NCBI GenBank assembly: GCA_964386395.1
Contig: CAYLRV010000001.1
Span: 23,807 to 87,806 of the forward strand
Direction: 5' to 3'
DNA length: 64,000 bases
DNA from: an uncultured Chitinophaga sp.
GTDB lineage: Bacteria > Bacteroidota > Bacteroidia > Chitinophagales > Chitinophagaceae
Shown here piece by piece: positions 11,818-21,500 of the stretch. Both the position numbers and the translations under genes were made by a program. Under the pieces are notes generated by a model that searched no databases, had not been told where the DNA came from, and was given only the letters and a program-made list of their open reading frames with translations. Positions within the stretch are counted from its first letter, which is position 1. Every line of letters begins with the position of its first letter.

Positions 11818-13287
11818 ATGCAGCAAAAAACAGCATCCATTTCATCTTTATACACATCCTGGAAAGGCCAGGCCCCTGCATCGGTCGATCTGTTGCCTCA
11901 AAGTGGCAGCGAACGAAGATATTTCCGTTTACATGGCGGTGATGGCAGCACTGTTATCGGTACTTTCGGAGCCAACATACGTGAAAACGAAACGTTTATT
12001 TATTTCGCCCGCCAATTCACCAAACAAGGATTAGCGGCCCCTGAGATACTGGCTGTAAGCGACGACAAACAGTTTTACCTACAGGAAGATTTTGGTGATG
12101 TATCGCTGATCGATCACCTCGAACAAAAAGGCTATGTGCCTGAAGTTTATGAGTTGTTTAAAAAAAGCCTTGCTGCAATTGCCTTATTGCAGGTAAAAGG
12201 GGATAAAGGACTGGATTACAGCCAATGCCTGACCAATACCGAGTTTGGCAAACAGGCCATTATGGCCGACCTGCTATACTTCAAGTATTATTTCCTGGAC
12301 GCATTACGTAAGCCGTATGATAAACAAAAATTGATCGACGATTTTGAGGCGTTGAGCAATTACCTCACCCACACCGAATACAAATATTTCATGTTCCGCG
12401 ATTTTCAAAGCCGGAATATTATGATACGGGACGAACGACCCAATTTTATCGATTTCCAGGGGGGGATGAAGGGAGCACCTCAATACGATGTAGCGAGTAT
12501 GCTCTGGCAGGCAAGGGCCAACCTGCCCGATGACTGGAAAAACAATTTACTGGAAGATTATATTTCTGCATTTGAAGGGATAATAAAGCAGCCGGTTGAT
12601 CGTACCATATTCCGGAGCCAGTACAATGGGTATGTGCTGATTCGTTTATTGCAGGTCTTGGGCGCCTATGGTTTCCGTGGGTTGTTTGAACGTAAAGCAC
12701 ATTTTTTAACCAGCATACCATTGGCATTAAAAAACCTGAAAGAATTTTTTACCAGCAACAGTGTTGGTATTTCTGTCCCTGAATTTAAAAAAGTACTGGA
12801 TATCTGCGTAGCCGATGAAATCATTGCACAGTTTACACCTACACAGGCCACTGAACAAACACCTTTAGTAATAAAAGTTTGCAGTTTTTCCTATAAAAGC
12901 GGCGGTATTCCGACTGATGAATCGGAAAATGGTGGCGGCTTTGTTTTCGATTGCCGCGGTATTCTTAACCCCGGTCGTGTGGATAGTATGAAAACCCAAA
13001 CCGGCCGTGACAAAGAAGTAAAAGACTACCTCGAACAGCAAACGAAAATGCCCGAGTTCTTAAACAGTGTATTTGATATTGTAGATATTACTGTGGAGGA
13101 TTATATAAAACGTGGCTTTGGCAGCCTGATGGTGAGTTTTGGCTGTACCGGCGGACAACACCGCAGTGTATACGCAGCTGATGCCATGGCCCGGCATTTG
13201 AAAAATAAATTTAAAGTGAAGGTGGAGCTATCACATAAAATCCAGGATGCAAAAAACTGGCTGAACCCTTTACCTGACAAGAAATAA
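11818..13287 (+). CDS. APH-fold kinase (AmgK-like anomeric sugar kinase) fused to a RapZ C-terminal-like domain
   Basis: The N-terminal domain has aminoglycoside-phosphotransferase motifs (FRDFQSRNIMI, IDFQGG). The C-terminal 150 aa match the RapZ C-domain (SFSYKSGGIP...FDCRGILNPG...SFGCTGGQHRSVYAADAMA). Confidence 0.7.
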   Translation: MQQKTASISSLYTSWKGQAPASVDLLPQSGSERRYFRLHGGDGSTVIGTFGANIRENETFIYFARQFTKQGLAAPEILAVSDDKQFYLQEDFGDVSLIDHLEQKGYVPEVYELFKKSLAAIALLQVKGDKGLDYSQCLTNTEFGKQAIMADLLYFKYYFLDALRKPYDKQKLIDDFEALSNYLTHTEYKYFMFRDFQSRNIMIRDERPNFIDFQGGMKGAPQYDVASMLWQARANLPDDWKNNLLEDYISAFEGIIKQPVDRTIFRSQYNGYVLIRLLQVLGAYGFRGLFERKAHFLTSIPLALKNLKEFFTSNSVGISVPEFKKVLDICVADEIIAQFTPTQATEQTPLVIKVCSFSYKSGGIPTDESENGGGFVFDCRGILNPGRVDSMKTQTGRDKEVKDYLEQQTKMPEFLNSVFDIVDITVEDYIKRGFGSLMVSFGCTGGQHRSVYAADAMARHLKNKFKVKVELSHKIQDAKNWLNPLPDKK

Positions 13288-13451
13288 TTATTTACCGGGC
13301 TGCAGTACCCTGATTGGGCTTCCGTTGCGTCGCACACTTCAGCATCCTGTTCTCTAATCAACAATTTTCACCGCAGAGAAAAGAGAACGCTGAGTGTAAC
13401 GGAGAGGTCTCTGCAATTTTTTTACTCTTTTTCTCTGCGGTGACAAAAAAA

Positions 13452-14186
13452 ATGGGCATGCAAGCAATGATATTCAGCGCAGGATTAGGTACACGGTTTA
13501 AACCGTGGACTGATACACATCCAAAAGCATTGGCTATAGTCAATGGAAAGCCATTATTGCAACGCAATATTGAATACCTGCAGCGAAACGGTATTAAAGA
13601 TGTCATTGTCAACGTTCATCATTTTGCAGAACAAATAGAAGAAGCAATCGTTACCAACGACGGTTGGGGAAGCGATGTACTGGTAAGCGATGAAAGGGAT
13701 ATCGTATTAGAAACCGGCGGAGGTCTATTAAAAGCTAAAGATCTTTTTAACCCGGACGAACCTTTTATAACATGTAATGCAGATTTCTTAACCGACCTCG
13801 ATATCAATAAACTGATAGCATATCATAGTCAACAAAAAGCACTTATCAGCTTTGGCGTTACCAGCCGCAAATCTTCCCGCAACTTGTTATTCAATGCAGA
13901 CTACCGCCTGGTTGGCTGGAAAAACAACAGTACCGGAGAAACAAAAATTGCCATACCCGCAGAACCGGTTGCACATGAGCTGGCCTATAGCTGTGTGGTG
14001 GTGTTTGATTACCGCATTTTTGAACTGATGGAGCAATACGGCTTCAGTGGTAAATTCTCTTTGATAGACGTATATCTCAAACTTGCACCCGATCATCGGA
14101 TCATGGGCTACGAGCATACTGGCGACAAGCTGGTAGATGTGGGCAAACCGGAGAGTGTGGCAATAGCTGAAGCTTTATTCGAATAG
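13452..14186 (+). CDS. sugar-1-phosphate nucleotidyltransferase, MurU-like
   Basis: Has the NTP_transferase GxGTR motif (FSAGLGTRFKP) and lies immediately downstream of the AmgK-like kinase. The likely start is MGMQAM at 13452. Confidence 0.7.
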   Translation: MGMQAMIFSAGLGTRFKPWTDTHPKALAIVNGKPLLQRNIEYLQRNGIKDVIVNVHHFAEQIEEAIVTNDGWGSDVLVSDERDIVLETGGGLLKAKDLFNPDEPFITCNADFLTDLDINKLIAYHSQQKALISFGVTSRKSSRNLLFNADYRLVGWKNNSTGETKIAIPAEPVAHELAYSCVVVFDYRIFELMEQYGFSGKFSLIDVYLKLAPDHRIMGYEHTGDKLVDVGKPESVAIAEALFE

Positions 14187-14390
14187 GCAAGTGGCAAGAA
14201 GCTAGTGGGGGGTTACCATTCAACGGTTACACATCACCCCCTATTTTTTGCACCTCGCTACTTACATCAACCCCTACTCGCCACTTCCCACTTGCTACTA
14301 GCCTCTCCCTAAAGAAATGCAAATACCCTCCCCGCGGTACAGCCCTTGCAGCCTTTTGGCTTATCTTTCAATCCTAAAATAAAAAGACTG

Positions 14391-16352
14391 ATGAAGTACT
14401 TTCTTTCTTCCCTGCTGGGAATTCTATCCGTTACCATTTCCTTCTCACAAGTTTCGAAATATGACCATAAAGAAGCGTTTAACCCGAAGTTTTACCCATA
14501 CCCGGGCAATGATTACCGGAGTGCCAGCGGTGAGCCAGGGCCCAAATACTGGCAGAACCGAGCCGATTACGCCATCAACTGCACACTCGATACGGGTAAA
14601 CATACCGTAAGCGGCGACGTTACGATTACCTATACCAACAACAGCCCTGATAACCTGAAGTTCGTCTGGCTGCAGATGGATCAGAATATTTATAAGAAAG
14701 ACAGTAAAGGATCTGCAACTACGACTGAAACAGGCGGGCGTTGGGCCAATGGTGCTTTTACTGAGGGATATGTTACCTCCGGGTTGCAGATAAGTACTAA
14801 AGGATCCAGCTATAGTGATGCAAAAGTAATAACCAGTGATACCCGTATGCAGGTTTGGTTGAAAGAACCCCTGCGGAGTGGTGAAAAAGCAACCATCAAA
14901 ATGAACTATAGTTTCACTGTGCCTGAGTACGGTACAGATCGCATGGGGAGATTGAAAACAAAAAATGGAGTTGTATACGAAGTAGCACAATGGTTTCCCC
15001 GGCTCGCAGTATACGATGACATACAGGGATGGAATACCCTCCCCTATGTTGGCGCCGGAGAGTTTTATTTGGAGTATGGCGATATCAGCTTCAGCATTAC
15101 CGCCCCCGCTGATATGATTATCGTTGGTTCTGGTGAATTACAAAATCCGGCTGATTGTTATACCCCCGAACAAATGACCCGTTGGGCACAGGCGAAAAAC
15201 AGCGACAAAACAGTTATCATTCGCAGCGCTGCAGAAGTAAAAGATAAAAAAAGCCGTCCTTCAACTGCAAACATTACATGGAAGTTTAATATTACGAATA
15301 CCCGTGACGTTGCCTGGGCAGCAAGCAAAGCCTTTGTACAGGATGCAGCTAAAATTAATTTACCCAGCGGTAAAAATTGTATGGCCATCAGTGTCTATCC
15401 GGCTGAAAGTATTGTAAAAAATGGCTGGCAGCGGAGTACAGAATTCACTAAAGCAAGCATTGAACACTATTCTAATAAATGGTTTGAGTTTCCCTATCCC
15501 GCTGCAACCAATGTAGCTGGTATCGTTGGAGGCATGGAGTACCCGGGTATTGTATTCTGCAGTTCCGGTGCATCCGGTGGCGATTTGTGGGGGGTTACCG
15601 ATCATGAATTTGGCCATACCTGGTTCCCGATGATTGTAGGCAGCAATGAACGCAAATATGCCTGGATGGATGAAGGCTTCAACACATTCATCAATGATTT
15701 TTCAACTGCTGCATTTAATAAAGGCGAGTTTAAAGATCAGAGCTATTTCAGCGATCCCAACTCCTCCTTTATGATCAATTATACATTTGGCGAAACAATG
15801 GATGGGCTGTATAACGCACCTGACGTTATCCAGCAAAATAACCTTGGTATTGCCGCCTATATGAAGCCTGCACAAATGCTTCACCAGTTAAGAAATACAG
15901 TTATTGGTGCCGAACGTTTTGATGCAGCTTTCAAAGAATATATAAACCGGTGGGCGTTTAAACACCCCACTCCATGGGACTTTTTCCATACCATGGAAAA
16001 TGTAAGCGGGGAAGACCTCGGCTGGTTTTGGCGTGCCTGGGTGCTGAATACCTGGAAACTGGATATGGCCGTACGAACTGTGGAATATGAGGAGGAAAAT
16101 AAACCAGAAAAAGGTGCCCTTGTTACGATAGGCCTGGTGGAAAAAATGCCTATGCCGGTAACTGTTGTGGTTATAGAAACCAATGGCAAGCAACATACCT
16201 TTAATATGCCTGTGGAAATATGGCAGCGTACCCCCAACTGGACATTTGGTGTACCGAGTACCAGTGAAATTAAAGAAGTAATAATAGACCCCGACAATAA
16301 ACTGCCAGATGCTGACCGGGCAAACAATACCTGGAAGAAAAAAGGATTCTAG
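14391..16352 (+). CDS. M1-family zinc metallopeptidase (aminopeptidase N-like), secreted
   Basis: Has a signal peptide, the GGMEYPG exopeptidase motif, the HEFGHTWF zinc site and a downstream WMDEGFNTF glutamate. Confidence 0.8.
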   Translation: MKYFLSSLLGILSVTISFSQVSKYDHKEAFNPKFYPYPGNDYRSASGEPGPKYWQNRADYAINCTLDTGKHTVSGDVTITYTNNSPDNLKFVWLQMDQNIYKKDSKGSATTTETGGRWANGAFTEGYVTSGLQISTKGSSYSDAKVITSDTRMQVWLKEPLRSGEKATIKMNYSFTVPEYGTDRMGRLKTKNGVVYEVAQWFPRLAVYDDIQGWNTLPYVGAGEFYLEYGDISFSITAPADMIIVGSGELQNPADCYTPEQMTRWAQAKNSDKTVIIRSAAEVKDKKSRPSTANITWKFNITNTRDVAWAASKAFVQDAAKINLPSGKNCMAISVYPAESIVKNGWQRSTEFTKASIEHYSNKWFEFPYPAATNVAGIVGGMEYPGIVFCSSGASGGDLWGVTDHEFGHTWFPMIVGSNERKYAWMDEGFNTFINDFSTAAFNKGEFKDQSYFSDPNSSFMINYTFGETMDGLYNAPDVIQQNNLGIAAYMKPAQMLHQLRNTVIGAERFDAAFKEYINRWAFKHPTPWDFFHTMENVSGEDLGWFWRAWVLNTWKLDMAVRTVEYEEENKPEKGALVTIGLVEKMPMPVTVVVIETNGKQHTFNMPVEIWQRTPNWTFGVPSTSEIKEVIIDPDNKLPDADRANNTWKKKGF

Positions 16353-16355
16353 ATT

Positions 16356-16386
16356 AAAAACCCTCTGTACTTCCAGAGGGTTTTTA
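16356..16386 (+). terminator. rho-independent terminator
   Basis: A CCCTCTG/CAGAGGG stem is followed by TTTTT directly after the M1 peptidase stop. Confidence 0.7.
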
Positions 16387-16489
16387 ATAACAGCAAATGG
16401 GTTTTATCACCCTTTGTCTGTTATTGAACAGCTACTATCTTTACATCGATTGTAGCAATTTTATTAATTGAGGCTTTAACTTACTCCAC

Positions 16490-17323
16490 ATGAAACAAAA
16501 ACACTTTTTCTTTTACCTGTTCTTTACATTTATCAGTACCCTTGTTTTTGCGCAAAGCTCACCCTTCATCGGTACCTGGCAAGGAGAAATCCGCGGGTTT
16601 GATGACGATCTGTCACTGATTTGGCGGGCAAAAATAAAAGTAACGAGTTCAACCAGTGCTGAATTATTGTTGTATGATGATAATAAAGGCACTTATGTAT
16701 CCTATCTTACAGACAGCCGTTTTTCCGGACAAAAAAGAAAAGTAAGTTTTATCTCAAGCGGTATTACCGCCTCGCTGGTATTAAGTTATGAAAGCAGTAC
16801 GATGACCGGGCAGTCTGTATATAATATGCTTTATGATAGTAAAACGCAAATGGCCTCTGTTCTATGGAGCAATATGCATTCGGATATGACCGAATATTCC
16901 AAAGTGCTTGGCTATGGCGATTTCACGTCGGATAATAGCCCCGTCTACAGCGGCAGCAAACTGTTAGTAGGGGGTCAGTCCTATAGCTATATCAAGATTG
17001 ACAAAATCGCTGTGTCGGACCAGCAGACAGCCGTTACTTTTACTATTACCAATAATTCGGGCGAAGATATCAATGGCACATTTCATGAACCGGGCCACCC
17101 GACGGCTTTCTACATTACGAATGCAGACCGATCTGTAAAATACAAGCTGCGCTCAGCCGATAAAAGTTTACCCAAGGGTATAAAAATTGAACCAGGGAAA
17201 TCATTCACCATTACGCTCTATTTTGATCCTACTCCAAAATCAATGAAAGTGATGAATATTTTTGAAGGCGGCGACCCGACGACTGAACTCTGGAAATTTT
17301 TTGATATTGTGCTGAAAGACTAG
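16490..17323 (+). CDS. hypothetical secreted protein
   Basis: A 277 aa ORF with a signal peptide (FFYLFFTFISTLVFAQS), flanked by clean intergenic regions and matching no recognised family. Confidence 0.5.
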   Translation: MKQKHFFFYLFFTFISTLVFAQSSPFIGTWQGEIRGFDDDLSLIWRAKIKVTSSTSAELLLYDDNKGTYVSYLTDSRFSGQKRKVSFISSGITASLVLSYESSTMTGQSVYNMLYDSKTQMASVLWSNMHSDMTEYSKVLGYGDFTSDNSPVYSGSKLLVGGQSYSYIKIDKIAVSDQQTAVTFTITNNSGEDINGTFHEPGHPTAFYITNADRSVKYKLRSADKSLPKGIKIEPGKSFTITLYFDPTPKSMKVMNIFEGGDPTTELWKFFDIVLKD

Positions 17324-17334
17324 CAACACAAACC

Positions 17335-18435
17335 TCATAATGATAAATCAGACAGGGGGCTGCTTTCGAGCGGCTCCCTGCCTTTTTGGGCCGACCATTT
17401 CACCAGTCGTATCTCGCCGCCCTCAATTTCAATACCAGTAATATCTCCATCGCTGAAACAACAACACCCTGAATTAAAATAAGAGGGTTTCATCTGCATA
17501 TAGTCGACTGAAACAGAGGTAAAATCTTTCTCCCGCAGTCGTATCTCTTTTCGCACCGCATCCTGTTGGGCTTTATCGTCCCGCTTTATTGCATCCAGCA
17601 ATTGCTTATATAACCTTTCTAAATGTGTGAGTGAAGCAAAAACAGGCTGGTGCGTATGGCCGGTGATTAACACCAGCTTTTGCTGTTCACTGCTCCATTG
17701 GTACATGATATCATTATGCAGGGTTTTCCGCTCAGCATCGTAGGCAGGTGTATTCGGATTAATACGCAGGTAAGCCTGCAGTGGCGCCCATATCTTAGCA
17801 ACAAAAAACTTACTGAACCAGTTACCATCACTGCTTGCATCACCCTGATGCCCATGCGTTAAAAAAATAGTCAATGGCTTACTGCCTGCTGCAGACTGCT
17901 GACCGGAAGCTGAAGACTGTAGAACCACTCCCTCATACACCTTCACCTTTTGCCCGAAAATACTTTTCAATTGCCACCAGGCAAACGGATCATTATCCCA
18001 GAACAAATCGTGATTGCCGAATACTTTTATATATCGGTCTGCTGCTAAAAATTTCTTTTCCAGGTCAAAATTTTCCTTGTTATACTTCTTTACAGGCCAG
18101 AGACTGTTTTCCCATAATTCCTCGCTGTCACCCAAATTGATAAACGTGTACCCTTTCTCATAATAATATGCTAACGCTGCCATATAGTTTGGCTCAGCAA
18201 GCTTAAAATCATCTGCCCCGTTCTTTTTTCCTTTATGCTGATCAGAGAATATGATAAATTTTCCCGTTTGGCTGTCAAACGAAATAACCGGCCCCCGTTT
18301 ACCTGGTTCCGCATGAATGCTTTTATATAAATTATCTAAGGCAGTAAATATTCTTTCTTTCTTAGGCCTGGAAGAAAATTTAGCAGCCGCCCAAAGTATA
18401 GGCTTCAGCAATATGAACCGGAGAATTCTGCGCAT
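17335..18435 (-). CDS. calcineurin-like metallophosphoesterase
   Basis: Carries metallophosphoesterase motifs (GDSEELWEN, GNHD, GHTHQP). Confidence 0.7.
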   Translation of the reverse strand: MRRILRFILLKPILWAAAKFSSRPKKERIFTALDNLYKSIHAEPGKRGPVISFDSQTGKFIIFSDQHKGKKNGADDFKLAEPNYMAALAYYYEKGYTFINLGDSEELWENSLWPVKKYNKENFDLEKKFLAADRYIKVFGNHDLFWDNDPFAWWQLKSIFGQKVKVYEGVVLQSSASGQQSAAGSKPLTIFLTHGHQGDASSDGNWFSKFFVAKIWAPLQAYLRINPNTPAYDAERKTLHNDIMYQWSSEQQKLVLITGHTHQPVFASLTHLERLYKQLLDAIKRDDKAQQDAVRKEIRLREKDFTSVSVDYMQMKPSYFNSGCCCFSDGDITGIEIEGGEIRLVKWSAQKGREPLESSPLSDLSL

Positions 18436-18521
18436 GGATATTCCACAATATAATTATTCGGTACAAAATAAAAGTCCCGCCGGTTTGGCGGGACTTGGTT
18501 ATAATTAATTCCGAATACTAC

Positions 18522-21500
18522 TTATCGTATATGAACCTTCCCTTCTGCTAAGCGCTTGCCGGATGCATCGCCCACCACCAGGAGGTAAAGGCCAGTTCCC
18601 AGATGCGGCACAGTTACCGGCACTATGGTATAAGGTCCGCTCACGGCAAATTTGCTGTTATAAACCAGGGCACCTTTCGAATCGAATATGGTCATAGTGC
18701 GCTGAACAGAAGCACCACCAGGATTGTAATAGGAAACAGAGAAGTTACCATCGTTTGGAGATGGATAGATAAACAGTCTTGGGCTTACCGCTGCATCAAT
18801 ATTTAACACCTGTGAAAGCGCAGAGCAGAATAAACCTGAAGGCCATGTTTCCCGTACCTGTACCTGGTAAGCACCCGTATTGCCCACATTTACTACGTAG
18901 CTGTTACCTGTTACCGCCAGCGGATTTGTATTGTAGGTCCAAACAGTACTGAATGTACCCCCTGTTGATGCGCTCGTTGCCGCAGTAAGCGTCGTAGTTT
19001 GTCCCGGCAACAATGAAGTAAGTACCGGCGATTGGGTTAATGTAACAGTTGGCGTTAACCGTACCGTCAGCAAAGCTGCATTTGAAATGGTTGGTGCAGT
19101 GCAGGTTGCATTTGACACGAGAACACGATAACGGTTATTATTCATAACAATCAAAACACCGGGGACTGTCAACGTTGCTCCTGTTCCACCTGCCACGTTG
19201 GTCCATGTAGTACCACCATCTGTGCTAACCTGCCACACATAATTGATCGCTTCTGTACTATTGCCGGCTACTGTAAATGAAGCAGTAGTGCCGGAGCATA
19301 CTTCCGCATTCGAGGGCTGTGTGGTAATACTCACAGGTGCTACAACTGTAAGCACTGCTGCTGTCGTTGTGGCTGCCGGAGAACAAGTGCCGGCTACTAT
19401 ACAACGATAACGATAACCATTCATGCTAACCGTCACAGCAGAGACAGTATACGTTGAACTCGTCGCCCCGCTGATATTACTATACGTGACACCACCATCG
19501 GTACTCAACTGCCATTGATAAGTAATTGCTGTTCCGGTAGCTGTTACACTGAACGTACTACCAGCGCCAGCACAAAGCGTAACACTCTGCGGGTTGCTTG
19601 TTATGGCCGGCAACCTGTTTACGGTAAGTGTGGCCGCATTCGATGTGCCCGGTGTAGGGCATACACCGTTTGACACGATACAACGGTATTGGTTATTATT
19701 CAGAGCAACTGTTGCACCCGCAATACTATATGCAGAACTGGTTGCTCCGCTTATATTACCCCAGCTTGTGCCGCCATCAGTACTTAATTGCCATTGATAA
19801 CTCAGCCCTGCGCCACTGGCCCCTACCGTAAAGTTGGCATTACCCCCCTCGCAAACTGTCTGACTAACGGGTTGCGTGGTAATGGTAACGGAAGAAACAA
19901 CAGTGATTGTTGCACAGTTTGATGTGACAGTACCGCCGCAACCACCGCTCGCCGAAACTTTACAACGATAGGCGGCATTTGCAGACCCGGTTATAGTTAA
20001 ACAATTGCTGGTTGCGCCCGCTACATTCGTAAATGGCGCAGCACAGTTGGGCGCAGATTCCCATTGGTAGGTAAGTCCATTACCCGTTGCTGTAACACAA
20101 AGTGTAGTTGTTTGTCCCGTACAAACAGTAGCATCGCCGGGATGATTGGTAATAGTAGCCCCGGTATTCACAGTAAGTAACGCCGGGTTAGAATTTGTGC
20201 TGGCACATATATTACTTACCACACAGCGGTATTGATTGCCATTCATGCCTGCTGTTACTGCAGAAAGGGTTAAGGTTGAGGTTGTGGCTCCGCTGATATT
20301 TGCCCAGGTAGTACCGCCGTCTGTGCTTACCTGCCACTGGTACGTGCCAGTAGCCGTCACACTGAATGTTGCATTCGCACCAGCACAAACTGTTTGTGGC
20401 TGGGGCTGTACGCTAATCACTGGCCCTGTTCCGGGATTGATGGTAAAAGTAACAGTAGCTGTCTGTGTAACGCTGCCTGCCACACCTTGTATAGTTGCGG
20501 TATAGGTACCTGCCCCAAGTGTATTAGCATTATTCAGTGTTACAGTTGTGCTGTTACCTGGTGTAATAGAGGAAGGTAATACCGAAACGTTTAAACCTGC
20601 TGGGTTTGTTGATAATACGGTCAAGGAAATAGGTGTGGAGAATCCGCCCGTTGAAACCGTGGGCAATACCACATTCATTGTGGCAGGTGCAGGACAAGTA
20701 ACAGTGGTTGGTGTGGTGGCACCAAAAGTAAATCCTGATGCACCAGGAATAGTGGCTGTCCATATACCACGGCCGTGTGTACCCGCTGCAATAGTACGAT
20801 CAGATGAACGGTACTTGATCATGTCTGTTCTCACATTCGGGAAAGTAGTGTTCGGAGTCCACACTGTACTGGCACCATTCAATTGTTCTGTTTCCCATAC
20901 ACCGGTCTCGGTTGCGATAAATGCTTTCGTATCGCTATCAGGATGAAATAAGGCCCAGCGAACCGGCATATCAGGTAAGTTACCATCACTGGCAGCCCAT
21001 GTAGTACCACCATTCGTACTCACCCATACATTCGTTACACCGTAACTGGAGTAAGTAGCTATAAGATTATTGTCAGATGATCCGGTTACTATACTGTTCA
21101 AATAACCTGTTGCACCCGGAGGAGTAATGATAGTACTTGTAGGGGTTGCTGTATTCGCTGCATCCACTCTTACAAGCCTGTTGGTTCCACCACTTACGCC
21201 GAAGTATACACGGTGGGCTGTATAGGGTGATACGTGCACGGCTGAGACCTGCAGGCCGCCAAAATCTGTTATTGCAACCACGCTGGTCGTATTACCTGTT
21301 TGCGGATTATCCCAAAGCATATAATTGCCGGCTCCGCTGCATGCATAAATTTTGTTGTTGATATTATCGTAGTCCCAGGGGTTAACAAAACGCCCGGTAC
21401 TTTGATTATTCACCGGCGTTGTCCAGGTAGCTCCGTTATTTACACTACGCCGATAAACATTATAAACATACGACCCGAACTGAAACTGCGGTTCGTCCTG

